From Candidatus Heimdallarchaeota archaeon (GTDB taxonomy: Archaea; Asgardarchaeota; Heimdallarchaeia; Heimdallarchaeales; Heimdallarchaeaceae): a DNA stretch of 29,905 bases. The stretch is taken from positions 1-29,905 of the forward strand of contig JAEOTE010000036.1 in assembly GCA_016839945.1 (NCBI GenBank), read 5' to 3'. Positions 18,765 to 28,239 of the stretch are shown piece after piece. Position 1 is the first letter of the stretch, and every line of letters starts with the position of its first letter. Both the position numbers and the translations under genes were made by a program. The notes below the pieces were generated by a model. That model worked only from the letters and a program-made list of their open reading frames with translations, was not told the DNA's origin and did not search any database.

Positions 18765-19256
18765 TTACTTGTTCCATATTACCATATTTACGAAAGTAGA
18801 ACCACCTAGAGCTGCAGTGAAAGTACCTTTAAGTAAGAGATTTGCAAAAGCACCAGTACCAGGACAGTTCATGGTTCCAGTTACAACTCCAAATTCGATA
18901 GTGAAGATTAATTTACCTCTGAAGCCTGCAACTTCATCATTATAGGTTCCTGTAAATTCGATTATCCCGCCACCTTTTCCGGAAAATGTTGTGAAGTCCA
19001 ATACCACATTTCCGTTATAGTAAATATCACCTTCTATGTCACCTGCTAATATATGACCATAATGTGGAGTTTTTATTGCATGGTAGACACCGTCTTTATC
19101 ATACCAGAATTTCAAAGGATCTCCATAAGAATCATATACATATTCAAAGTTTATTGTAGCGTTTACATGTTTTGCTTGTGTTGTTGCAGTACCAACAATA
19201 AGGGAGCTAAGTAGAACAATCATTCCCAGAAATAGTAATTTTCTTGATGTTTTCAT
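18765..19256 (-). CDS. Secreted beta-barrel protein (dirigent/AOC/DUF3224-like)
   Basis: Signal peptide MKTSRKLLFLGMIVLLSSLIVGTATTQA, Gly-rich beta strands, GTGAFANL..KGTF; GGTGG site upstream of ATG 19256. Confidence 0.65.
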   Translation of the reverse strand: MKTSRKLLFLGMIVLLSSLIVGTATTQAKHVNATINFEYVYDSYGDPLKFWYDKDGVYHAIKTPHYGHILAGDIEGDIYYNGNVVLDFTTFSGKGGGIIEFTGTYNDEVAGFRGKLIFTIEFGVVTGTMNCPGTGAFANLLLKGTFTAALGGSTFVNMVIWNK

Positions 19257-19388
19257 AATTACCACCAGATTCGCTATTGTATTAGAAAACACAATAGAAT
19301 CGTACTTTTTTTTTAAACATATTAAAATGTATCTAGAGATTGTTCTGGAACAGTTGTGAAACAAAATTAACTGCACTTTGAGTTGAAT

Positions 19389-20453
19389 TTAAACCTTGTC
19401 AGTCTTTTTTACATGATAGAAGAATCTTCTTTCTTGTTCATTTTTTATCCATTTTAGCACTCTTTTAGCATCTTCCATACGGTCATTATAAAGAATAAGG
19501 TTTTCTTCTTTTTCAAACATCGTTTTTAGTTCTTCAGCTGCTGAAATTTCTCTCTTCCAAATTTCTTTTGCATTATCTGTAAAATCAGTTGCTTGAAATG
19601 ATAATCCATTTATTATTAAAGCTTTACCAACAGTAGTATTTTCTGCAATAAGAAGATCTTTTGATTCATTCAGTTCTCTATATTGTGCATAGAATATTCC
19701 CATTTGACCGTTTGGTTTCAGTATTCTCTTCAATTCTTTAATTGTTGAATCTAAATCTTCGATGAAATACATTGTATCAATTGCAATTATTGCATCAAAT
19801 ATAGAAGATGAAAAATCTAAATTATTGATATTACCAACCTGAAAGACTACTTTATCATTTTGTGATTGAATTTTGAATTTTGCCCATTCAATTGCTTTAG
19901 AAGAGAAATCAATTCCTATTATTTTTGCACCAGTTTTATTTGATATATATTCAGAAACTTTTCCTAAACCACACCCTAAATCAAGAACAAAATCATTGTT
20001 TTTTAGATTAAGAGAATTTAACATTGTATTTAGTTGCCCCATATCCATAGCATTAAATTGAAGCAAACTTTTTCCAAATACTTTCTCACAAAATAGATTA
20101 TAGGCTTCACTTTTCGCACATCGGAGTAAAAGATTATCATAACCTTCACTCATCCATTGAGTGCGTATTTGCTTTCCAATAATACGTCCCTTATCTGTTA
20201 AAGAGTATAGTTCTTCTTTGAAGTTCAAATATTCTTTTTTATTAAGTGAATTTAAGAGAATAGACCAATTTTCTGTTTTATCCTTAAAACGCAGATTACC
20301 AAAAGCAATAATTCCTTCTTGGTTTGGTTTTACTTTTAACTGTTCTGTGATAGTTATTTCTTCTGTTTCAGGATCTTTTTTTCTTAATTCTAAACCATAA
20401 ATTACACCTAAAATAATTGTTTCATCTTCAGTTATGTCAATAACTTCATTCAT
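19389..20453 (-). CDS. Class I SAM-dependent methyltransferase with N-terminal wHTH-like domain
   Basis: VLDLGCGLG, GIDFS, FDAIIAID, RILKPNG; N-term ...YSLTDKGR wing-like motif. Confidence 0.88.
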   Translation of the reverse strand: MNEVIDITEDETIILGVIYGLELRKKDPETEEITITEQLKVKPNQEGIIAFGNLRFKDKTENWSILLNSLNKKEYLNFKEELYSLTDKGRIIGKQIRTQWMSEGYDNLLLRCAKSEAYNLFCEKVFGKSLLQFNAMDMGQLNTMLNSLNLKNNDFVLDLGCGLGKVSEYISNKTGAKIIGIDFSSKAIEWAKFKIQSQNDKVVFQVGNINNLDFSSSIFDAIIAIDTMYFIEDLDSTIKELKRILKPNGQMGIFYAQYRELNESKDLLIAENTTVGKALIINGLSFQATDFTDNAKEIWKREISAAEELKTMFEKEENLILYNDRMEDAKRVLKWIKNEQERRFFYHVKKTDKV

Positions 20454-20519
20454 ACAAAATTAAAAATAAAAACATTAAATAATATTGTGAAAAAAATAGA
20501 GAATTTAAGGATAAAAAAC

Positions 20520-20684
20520 ATGAAAAGTAAAAGCATAATTGAAGATTTTAATCACTTTGGAGGTATTCATTGTGAAACAAGCACCTTCATTTCTACCTAA
20601 AGTACAGAGTAAGATTTTACAGCTTTATGAAGCTGAGAGAGAAGCTTTTGGTAAACTTCAGAATATACAAAGAAATTGAAATAA
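20520..20684 (+). pseudogene. Internally deleted, frameshifted paralog of the BtrH-like gene at 17488-18648
   Basis: MKSKSIIEDFNHFGGIHCETS joined out of frame to APSFLPKVQSKILQLYEAEREAFGKLQ; both parts match the ends of 17488-18648. Confidence 0.92.
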
Positions 20685-20695
20685 AAATTAGATTT

Positions 20696-22855
20696 CTAAG
20701 TTAGTGATTCAACCCAAATTGGTCCAATATATGTATGTCTTCCATTATCTCCAACAATTCTTATGAGATAGAAATCTATACCATTTGTTTGTAATTGATC
20801 AGGATTAAATATGAGATTATTACTATACTCATTGATAAAATAATCATCTCCTATTTTTATGCAGCTTTCTCTTCCATAAGAGGTCCCTGTAATTAATTCA
20901 GTGTCAGTGAAGTAGACTCTAGCTAAAGGAGTATTGATGAGGAAAGTTTGTAGCAACTCACCATTTTTCATTATCTCAACCTCTGCATTCCAATTGGGTG
21001 ACCATCCAGCATTTATTGATGCAGCTGTATGATATCCACTTGCAGGTGCACCATCTTGAGCAATGAAGATTTCTATGTTTCTGGGTATACTTGTATTAGC
21101 TACGGTGAGAGTAGAGTTTCCACCAACACCCATACCATTAATGGTAAAATCTACGATGGGTCTTCCAAAATCTGAGTTAGCATAGATGAATCTATTTTCT
21201 AGTTGAGAGAAGATTGATGATCTTGTTAAATCAGAAGCATAAACAGCTGTAAGTCCTCCTGGATAGGGTTTATCGAATCTAGTCCACCAATAAGTGTAAG
21301 GTCGTTGATGTGCAATATAGGCTTTTGTATGAGCAATAGTGTGTCCAGGATGTCCATCATGACCATCACTTGAAGCATATAGTGATAACCTTAGTCCCAT
21401 TCTTAGTGCATCAACAATTGAACATCCATTGATAGGATAAGGTGGGGGACCATACATTCCTCTATAGCTTAGCTCATGATAAGGATCATAAAGACTATCT
21501 CCGTGTGTAGAAGTTACTTCAGCTATTTTGACATACTTTGGATTGTAATAGAACCAATCCTGCAGGAAAGCTTCTTCAACAGTGTGGTGAGGGAGAGCTA
21601 GAGCTCTAGAACCAGTATTAGTTGTGAAATCATCAAGTAAATCCCAGAGTTCCAAGGGTGTGCCTATAAGACGATAGCTAATGAGAGGATCTTGAGGTAA
21701 TTGATCATTATCAAAGATACAAGTAAAATGACCAGTTTGATGATTGGTAAATTCCATTCCAAGAAAAGCTACAAATTGATTTGGAGAGTTTTTTGTATTA
21801 GTTAAAGTAATATATTTTTGAACCCAATTTGAAGCCATCTGCATTATTTCACCATGTTCAGTTAAAGCAAAGAAATCCAGACACGCTACTTCCTGTGCAT
21901 AGAAAAATGAATGATCCGGAGTTCCACTTCCATCAGAATAAATTGAGTGTGAATGAATGTCTCCCCAGTAAATATTCATACCAGTATTTTGAACAATTAT
22001 TGGATTACTATAAAATGTCTCTCCTGTAAAAGAATCTGTTACTAGAATGTAATGAATTCCTATTGTGCTAATGGTGACTTGAAACTTATGCAAACCATTA
22101 TCTTTTTCATTATTAATCAGATATGCACTATCTGAAGGCAACTTCCTTCCAGAGAATGTAAACGGAATAGGAAGTATTGCTGAAACAGAACTAAGAGAAG
22201 AGAAATCTGTTGAGTTATATGATTCTAATGAAAAATCTACTCTTCCATTGTATGTAGCACTTACTCGCTCATATCTGTCCCAACTCTGTACGGTGATTGT
22301 AAAGGGAGAATCTGGTTGAACAGTTGAAGGCGCATGAACCCATAGCAATGCTGTTTTATTATTGAACATTACACCAAAATCTAAACTAACAACTGACCAA
22401 ATTGAAATTGGAGTTAGAGCTAAACAAAATAAAAGAGTGAATCTTACAACTTTGTTGAGTTTAAGCTGTTTGATTTTTTTGATGTTTAAAGTAGTTTTGA
22501 AATCTTTATAGAATTCAAACTTGTTTAAAAATTTATGAATACTGAAAAGAATAAGATAACTACAAACAGTACCTATTGTAAGAGAGAATATCAAGAATAA
22601 TGGGTACATACCAGTAATTACATCAAATCCTTTATTCAAAGCAAATGTCCCTAAAGAAGTAGCAAGAGCTAGAATTAAACCATGCCATCTCCATTTATTC
22701 TTGAATACTATAAAATAAACAACTCCTATTGTTAAAGCTATGAAATTAAAGAAGAATAGAAAACTAGAAACTACTCCTAAGATATAAACAATTACTCTTA
22801 ATACCTTTAGAATAATGGATATAATCTGATCTTTTTTCTTAAAATCAAAATTCAA
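20696..22855 (-). CDS. Membrane-anchored PHP-like metallohydrolase (DUF3604/CehA-McbA-like)
   Basis: About four N-terminal TM helices, Ig-like segment, YWGDIHSHSIYSDG, DFFALTEH, GMEFT...GH, LPHH, ASSDGHDGHPG, GGLTAVYA..LTR..IF. Confidence 0.82.
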   Translation of the reverse strand: MNFDFKKKDQIISIILKVLRVIVYILGVVSSFLFFFNFIALTIGVVYFIVFKNKWRWHGLILALATSLGTFALNKGFDVITGMYPLFLIFSLTIGTVCSYLILFSIHKFLNKFEFYKDFKTTLNIKKIKQLKLNKVVRFTLLFCLALTPISIWSVVSLDFGVMFNNKTALLWVHAPSTVQPDSPFTITVQSWDRYERVSATYNGRVDFSLESYNSTDFSSLSSVSAILPIPFTFSGRKLPSDSAYLINNEKDNGLHKFQVTISTIGIHYILVTDSFTGETFYSNPIIVQNTGMNIYWGDIHSHSIYSDGSGTPDHSFFYAQEVACLDFFALTEHGEIMQMASNWVQKYITLTNTKNSPNQFVAFLGMEFTNHQTGHFTCIFDNDQLPQDPLISYRLIGTPLELWDLLDDFTTNTGSRALALPHHTVEEAFLQDWFYYNPKYVKIAEVTSTHGDSLYDPYHELSYRGMYGPPPYPINGCSIVDALRMGLRLSLYASSDGHDGHPGHTIAHTKAYIAHQRPYTYWWTRFDKPYPGGLTAVYASDLTRSSIFSQLENRFIYANSDFGRPIVDFTINGMGVGGNSTLTVANTSIPRNIEIFIAQDGAPASGYHTAASINAGWSPNWNAEVEIMKNGELLQTFLINTPLARVYFTDTELITGTSYGRESCIKIGDDYFINEYSNNLIFNPDQLQTNGIDFYLIRIVGDNGRHTYIGPIWVESLT

Positions 22856-22913
22856 GTTGCAGAAAATAGAAACTACATCTTAAAAAAAATTTTGTATCAA
22901 TAAATGTAAAAAA

Positions 22914-23561
22914 CTACTGATTTTCAATTTTTATTGCTTCTATGAAAATCTTGATTTTTCCAAGAGCAAAATCAAAATATTCTTCTAAAGTTCCAAAATA
23001 GGGTATTTTTTCTATCATACCAAATGAATCTGTTTGAGTAGAAAATGCTATACCAAATATCATACTCCAAAAGAAATAGGCAAGTTTTATAATTTCTCTC
23101 TCTTTTATTTCTCTTTCTTGAGATGCGGTCAAAAGAATCTCTTGTAGAACCTTTATAGTCTTTATTTCATATCGTTCTTCTATTGGGCCTTTTTTCGCAG
23201 ACCTTGGAGGAGTGGTTTTTAGAACCAATCTGAAGTTTCTGTAATCTTTTTTTATTGTATCGAAATATGTTTTAGCTATTTGTTCAATTAAGAGGATATT
23301 TTTTCCTTTATGATTTCTAACAAGTTCTTCTATTTTTTGATCAACTTTTCTGAAGTCTTCCTCAACAATAGCAAACCATAGCTCCCTTTTACTTTGAAAA
23401 TATGTATAAAGACTTGCTTGACCCATTCCTAGTTCATTTGCTAAGGCTCTTAATGTAAATCTTCCAACACCATATCTTAAAAATAACTCTCTGCCTTTTT
23501 GTATAATTTCTCTGAAAACTCTATTCTTTTCTTCAAAAGTTCTTGCCCGAGTTTTTTTCAC
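22914..23561 (-). CDS. TetR/AcrR-family transcriptional regulator
   Basis: IIQKGRELFLRYG...TLRALANELGMGQASLYTYFQSKREL HTH signature. Confidence 0.93.
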   Translation of the reverse strand: MKKTRARTFEEKNRVFREIIQKGRELFLRYGVGRFTLRALANELGMGQASLYTYFQSKRELWFAIVEEDFRKVDQKIEELVRNHKGKNILLIEQIAKTYFDTIKKDYRNFRLVLKTTPPRSAKKGPIEERYEIKTIKVLQEILLTASQEREIKEREIIKLAYFFWSMIFGIAFSTQTDSFGMIEKIPYFGTLEEYFDFALGKIKIFIEAIKIENQ

Positions 23562-23596
23562 ATATCACTTTTTGTATTTAATTTTATAAATGTTTT

Positions 23597-23616
23597 TAAT
23601 CGAACATTGTTTGTTT
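23597..23616. promoter_or_regulatory. Putative TetR operator, copy 1
   Basis: TAATCGAACATTGTTTGTTT, about 36 bp upstream of the tetR start; imperfect match to palindrome AATCGAACAnTGTTCGATT. Confidence 0.6.
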
Positions 23617-23820
23617 TTGTGAGTTTTAACTAACATAATTTTATTATCTTATTTCAAGGAATCTGAAAATTCGAAAGGAAGAGGTGGGATTAACAATAAC
23701 TTGGTTAAGTAACATTTAGAACGTTAAGAGCTCATAGATTTCATTTAAATAAATATTTTTAATACTTTTTTTATCGAGTAAATTTGGAATAGGAAGATTA
23801 ATAAAGATATGTGAGAAATA

Positions 23821-23841
23821 TAATCGAACATTGAACGATTA
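23821..23841. promoter_or_regulatory. Putative TetR operator, copy 2
   Basis: TAATCGAACATTGAACGATTA; first 13 bp identical to copy 1; TAATCG/CGATTA arms. Confidence 0.6.
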
Positions 23842-23991
23842 AAAAAAGTAACAATTTATTATTGAAAGTGCTAAGGAAAAATAAAAGACTATAAACAATA
23901 TGAAACATTTAGTTTTTAGATTTTTCATTCTTTAAAATAGTAAAATTATCTTTCTTTGTTTCTAAATAATAAAAATGAGGATGTCAATATT

Positions 23992-24231
23992 ATGTTAAAA
24001 TGTAAACATGCATGTGTTGATTGTGATGAGACATGGGAATGCTCATTCCCATACTTTTCTGAATTCAAATATTTCAAAACTACAGTGGAAAATGGTTACT
24101 ATTGTAATGCTTTTTGTCCTTCTTGTCAAACAGAGAAGAGAAAAGATATAGATGATTTGTTTGAAGATATGTCAGAAACAGGATATATCAACTCTTTCTA
24201 TGAACAAAACCTGAAAACACAAGAAGTATAG
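23992..24231 (+). CDS. Small Cys-rich putative metal-binding protein (paralog of 9059-9301)
   Basis: CKHACVDCDETWECSFPYFS...YCNAFCPSC; GAGG upstream of ATG 23992. Confidence 0.85.
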   Translation: MLKCKHACVDCDETWECSFPYFSEFKYFKTTVENGYYCNAFCPSCQTEKRKDIDDLFEDMSETGYINSFYEQNLKTQEV

Positions 24232-24241
24232 AGGTAAACTA

Positions 24242-24448
24242 ATGAAGGGAGTTATCAAAAGAATACTACCTATCAAAGGTTTTGGTTTTATAAAAAGAGA
24301 AGGAGAAAAAAAGGATTTATATTTTCACTGGTCTCAAACAAAAGATGACTTCTATTATCTCAGAGAAGGAGATGAAGTAGAATTTGAGATAAAAGAATCT
24401 AAAAAAGGACCACAAGCTATTGATGTTACAACAATTTTTTTGATTTGA
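24242..24448 (+). CDS. csp: Cold-shock domain protein (CspA family)
   Basis: RNP1 KGFGFI, RNP2-like LYFHWS, L.EGDEVEFEI...KGPQA.DV; 68 aa. Confidence 0.93.
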   Translation: MKGVIKRILPIKGFGFIKREGEKKDLYFHWSQTKDDFYYLREGDEVEFEIKESKKGPQAIDVTTIFLI

Positions 24449-24577
24449 AAATAAGTATAAAGACTAGCTTAACCAATTATTAATTCACTTGCTAAAGCTT
24501 TTAAAGTAATGTTAAAGAAATCATTACTATTTTGGTTATTGAAAATAATAACAGTCTCATTATTTTCACTGAATTCA

Positions 24578-25867
24578 TTATTCACTTACAGGTTCATCAT
24601 TAGAAGTCTTCTTACTTCTGAAGAATCTAGTAATACTTTTTTTCTTTGGAACTTGCATTCCAAAAATGAACCTTAAAGCATTAAACTCTCTAATTAGAAA
24701 GAGTAGAAGAATTATAGCAACAAGAGAAATTAGGAAAATTAACAAAAACTCACTTATAACGAGAAATTCTAATTGAACGATGTAAAATCCAACAATACTT
24801 ACAACAACAAAATGTATAATGTAAAATGGTAAAACTAGTTCATTCAGAGTTTTCACAGTTTTACTTTTCTTGTTCAGATACTTATCAGCTAAATTTAGAA
24901 TTACTATTAACCAACTCCAAGAGAAAATAACTCTAGTCAAATGAAACGGAATTGAAATATAATCAAAACTAGGATCTAACCAAATAGCATCAAAGTAGAA
25001 ATGATTCATAAGAATGAGTGCAGCTGTTGAAAGCAATCCAAGAATTATTTTGACAATGAAGTTTTTCTTTAAAGCTGTTCTAAATTGCTTATCATAGGCA
25101 AAGAAGTAGCCAAAGAAAAGGAAGAAGAAGTACGTGAAAAAATCCCATCCACCAAGTCGAGGTATATCAATTAGATAAAGACTATGTAATATTTCCATTA
25201 TGAAAATTGGTATTGTTAAAAGGTAAATTGTTCCTGGTTTTGTGAAGAAATTTGCAATTTTAGAAAATCCCAATCTGAATTTTTCTCTTCTTAAATACAC
25301 AAAAAGAGGTAGCATTACTAATGTGAAAAAGAATAAAATAACTAAAAACCACATATGATGTCCAAAAACAGAAAAAGCTCCTCCCGAAAATCCATAAATT
25401 CCTTTATAGTAGGTAGGATAAAATGCAAAGAATGACATTGAGATGAAACCTTTATTGGTCCATTCTAGAAAAACAAGAAGCGAGACATAAGTGAACACAC
25501 CAATCAAGTAAGGTACTATCAATCGAATGAAACGAAGAAGAACATATTTTCTTAGTTTGATTTCTTTTTTTTCCATGAAACCCAAAGCATAAAACATACT
25601 CATTCCTGCGATGATAAAGAAGAGAGGTAATCCTATTGAAGTTAAATAAACTGCATTTGCTGTTATCTTGAAATTACTAAGAGGAATGGGACCAGTTACG
25701 AAGTCAATAGGGTTATTTTTTACACTAAACGGATCACTATCAAAAAACTTAGTGCAGTGATAAATGAAAACAAAGAAGATTGTAATTACTCTTAACCAAT
25801 CCAAATCATATCTTCTTTCTAATTGAGTAAAGGTATCACTTCTCGAATCGCGAACTATATTAGTCAT
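24578..25867 (-). CDS. Acyltransferase-3 family membrane protein (OpgC/MdoC-like)
   Basis: RRYDLDWLRV...YH, PLFFIIAG, RFIRLIVP, HMWFL, PFYIIH; start ATG 25867 (GGAG upstream) or 25894. Confidence 0.9.
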   Translation of the reverse strand: MTNIVRDSRSDTFTQLERRYDLDWLRVITIFFVFIYHCTKFFDSDPFSVKNNPIDFVTGPIPLSNFKITANAVYLTSIGLPLFFIIAGMSMFYALGFMEKKEIKLRKYVLLRFIRLIVPYLIGVFTYVSLLVFLEWTNKGFISMSFFAFYPTYYKGIYGFSGGAFSVFGHHMWFLVILFFFTLVMLPLFVYLRREKFRLGFSKIANFFTKPGTIYLLTIPIFIMEILHSLYLIDIPRLGGWDFFTYFFFLFFGYFFAYDKQFRTALKKNFIVKIILGLLSTAALILMNHFYFDAIWLDPSFDYISIPFHLTRVIFSWSWLIVILNLADKYLNKKSKTVKTLNELVLPFYIIHFVVVSIVGFYIVQLEFLVISEFLLIFLISLVAIILLLFLIREFNALRFIFGMQVPKKKSITRFFRSKKTSNDEPVSE

Positions 25868-25893
25868 ATAGGATAGCTCCTCTAATTTAATCA

Positions 25894-27099
25894 TTAAGTT
25901 TTATTTTGTAATGACTTAACATCTACTTCTTCTATTTCTTTAGTTCTTTTTAACAATCCCTTTTTCCATCTCATACCAAAAATGAATCGTAGAGGATTGA
26001 TGTATTTTATAATCATGAGCAGAATAAAGCAAGCTGTAAATGATGTTACAAGAATAATAATATACTTCGCAAAAAAGTGCATCTCCAATTGAACAATATA
26101 GAAACCAATCACTATTATTACGGTTTGATGAATAACATAGAAAGGTAATACCAATTCGTTTAGAAATTTCCTTGCTTTATTATTGCGGTTTAGGAATTTA
26201 CTTCCAAGAGCGAAGAGAGCTAGTAAAACACCCCAACTATATATTGCCCCAAGTATCATAAAGAATACAGCTTCTAAAGTATCGCTTAGATTAAAATCTT
26301 CAAGTAGAAATAATAGAACACCACATACTACTGAAATAATTAATGCTGGTATTGCATGCTTTTCAATTGTTTTTTTGAATTTAATATTCGATGCAAAAAT
26401 ATAACCGTACACAAAGAATAACAGGTGAGAGAAGAGATTCCAACCACCCAAATTATAGACAAATTCCCCAGTCAGAATGTTACCTACTTCAATCAAAAAA
26501 ATTGGAATTGGAAAAATAAACAGCATTCCTGGTTTGTTCAAGAAGTTAGTGAATTTATCAAATTTATCAAGATTCTTATCTTTGGTAAAATGCATCGTAA
26601 GTGGCAAAGTAATTAATGATATGACAAGAAGCACGATCAGAAACCATAAATGTCCTCCAAAAAAATCGAAATTTCCTCCATGTGCATAAGTACCTTTAAA
26701 ATATGTTGGATAAAATTGGGAGAATGTTCCTACAAAAACTCCGTGGGAGATTCTTTCAAGATAAATTTGAAGGGGTATATGAGTAAAAAGACCTATTGCA
26801 AATGGAACTAATAATCTAACTATCCTGAATAAAGCAAATTGCTTAGCCTTCACTTTTCTGAGTGCATAAAAAGTTGCCATTCCAGCTATTATGAAAAAGA
26901 TAGGCATCCCAGCTCCACCCAAGAAATAAGTAAAGGCTGTCATTCCCTCACTTAGCACATCATTTTTGATATGCCATGGTAATGTGTCAAAAGCCCTTAC
27001 ACTGTGAAAAACAAACACGAGTAGAATAGCTATAATTCTTAACCAATCTATATCGTATCTTCTTTCAAAAGTTCTATTCATCACATTATTTTCAGTCAT
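25894..27099 (-). CDS. Acyltransferase-3 family membrane protein (OpgC/MdoC-like)
   Basis: RRYDIDWLRI...FH, MPIFFIIAG, RLLVP, HLWFL, PFYVIHQ. Confidence 0.92.
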   Translation of the reverse strand: MTENNVMNRTFERRYDIDWLRIIAILLVFVFHSVRAFDTLPWHIKNDVLSEGMTAFTYFLGGAGMPIFFIIAGMATFYALRKVKAKQFALFRIVRLLVPFAIGLFTHIPLQIYLERISHGVFVGTFSQFYPTYFKGTYAHGGNFDFFGGHLWFLIVLLVISLITLPLTMHFTKDKNLDKFDKFTNFLNKPGMLFIFPIPIFLIEVGNILTGEFVYNLGGWNLFSHLLFFVYGYIFASNIKFKKTIEKHAIPALIISVVCGVLLFLLEDFNLSDTLEAVFFMILGAIYSWGVLLALFALGSKFLNRNNKARKFLNELVLPFYVIHQTVIIVIGFYIVQLEMHFFAKYIIILVTSFTACFILLMIIKYINPLRFIFGMRWKKGLLKRTKEIEEVDVKSLQNKT

Positions 27100-27196
27100 A
27101 AATTGCCACTTGTGATTGCAGAATCACCTAAATTTAAGTATTATGCAAAAAGAAATACTCGATATAAACGCAAAACAACTCTTCTTTTTTATCATT

Positions 27197-28090
27197 TTAG
27201 GATTGGGAATCAATCCACTTTCTAACAGATTGAATGTGTTCAGGAGATGTTCCACAACAACCTCCAACGATTTTTACCCCTAATTCAATCATTGCAGAGA
27301 TATCACGAACATATTCTTCAATTGGTTGATTATAGACTGTTTTAAAATTTTCTAAGGTAGGTTTTCCAGCATTGGGTTTTACTGATATTGGGTAATCAGT
27401 TAATCCTTTTGCTTCTCTAACTAAATCAATAAACAAAGTCGTACCTGGATCACAATTAAAACCTATTACATCAACTTCTTCCTTTTCAAGCATCTGGATA
27501 CATAGTTCAAGTGAATTTCCCATTAGGGTATAGAATCCTTTCTTTCCTTTGTTAATAATAAACGAAGCAATAATAGGTTTAGATGAAACTTCCTTAATTG
27601 CTGCTAATGCAGCATGCATTTCTTCGATGTCAATAAATCCCATAGCATGCCAAAGATCAACTCCTTCCTCTTTATTACCTTCTAGAATTTCTATTTGGTT
27701 TAGGAAACTACTTTTCCATTTTTCAAAAGCACCTAAACCAAAAGGATTTCGAAACTCACCAGAAGGACCAATTTCTCCAACAACTAGCTTTCCTTTAGGG
27801 CAAACTTCCTTAATATTCTTAAGAGCTTGTTTGTTAATTTCCTCTAATTTGGATTCTAAATTGTGTTTTTTAAGGTGAAGAAAGCTCGCATTGAGTGTGA
27901 TTGTTTGAACCATGTCAGATCCAGCTAAATAAAAAGACTTGAGAACAGATTTAACCATTTCTGGATTTTGAATGTTTAAAATGTCAGGAGGTTTTCCAGA
28001 AATGAACCCCCTATCAATTAATTCAGTTCCATTAGAACCATCACCTAAGATTGTTTTTCCTGAATCTTTCAACCACTTGAGGAAAGACAT
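27197..28090 (-). CDS. Homocysteine S-methyltransferase family protein (stand-alone MetH N-terminal-type domain)
   Basis: LGDGSNGTEL, AGSD, GEIGPSG, GFNC, KPNAG.P, VGGCCGTSPEHI (three Zn-ligand Cys). Confidence 0.9.
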   Translation of the reverse strand: MSFLKWLKDSGKTILGDGSNGTELIDRGFISGKPPDILNIQNPEMVKSVLKSFYLAGSDMVQTITLNASFLHLKKHNLESKLEEINKQALKNIKEVCPKGKLVVGEIGPSGEFRNPFGLGAFEKWKSSFLNQIEILEGNKEEGVDLWHAMGFIDIEEMHAALAAIKEVSSKPIIASFIINKGKKGFYTLMGNSLELCIQMLEKEEVDVIGFNCDPGTTLFIDLVREAKGLTDYPISVKPNAGKPTLENFKTVYNQPIEEYVRDISAMIELGVKIVGGCCGTSPEHIQSVRKWIDSQS

Positions 28091-28239
28091 GTTCTAGCAT
28101 TCCAATTTTTTTGGTTATGCAATTGATTGCAGATTTCAAGAATATAAAGTTTGTTAGGTAAAACCAAGAATCATTTTCAGAGATATATGTACATATAATT
28201 AGTAGTAAAATTAAAATAATCAATATAAACAACAATCGC

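Noticed and set aside
17488-20684. Mobile element or integron cassette bounded by the BtrH-like copies
   Set aside because: No transposase, integrase, terminal inverted repeats, target-site duplication or att-like repeats visible
23620-23820. ncRNA, riboswitch or small ORF in the long tetR intergenic region
   Set aside because: No convincing stable stem-loop; only a 23-codon minus-strand ORF with no supporting features
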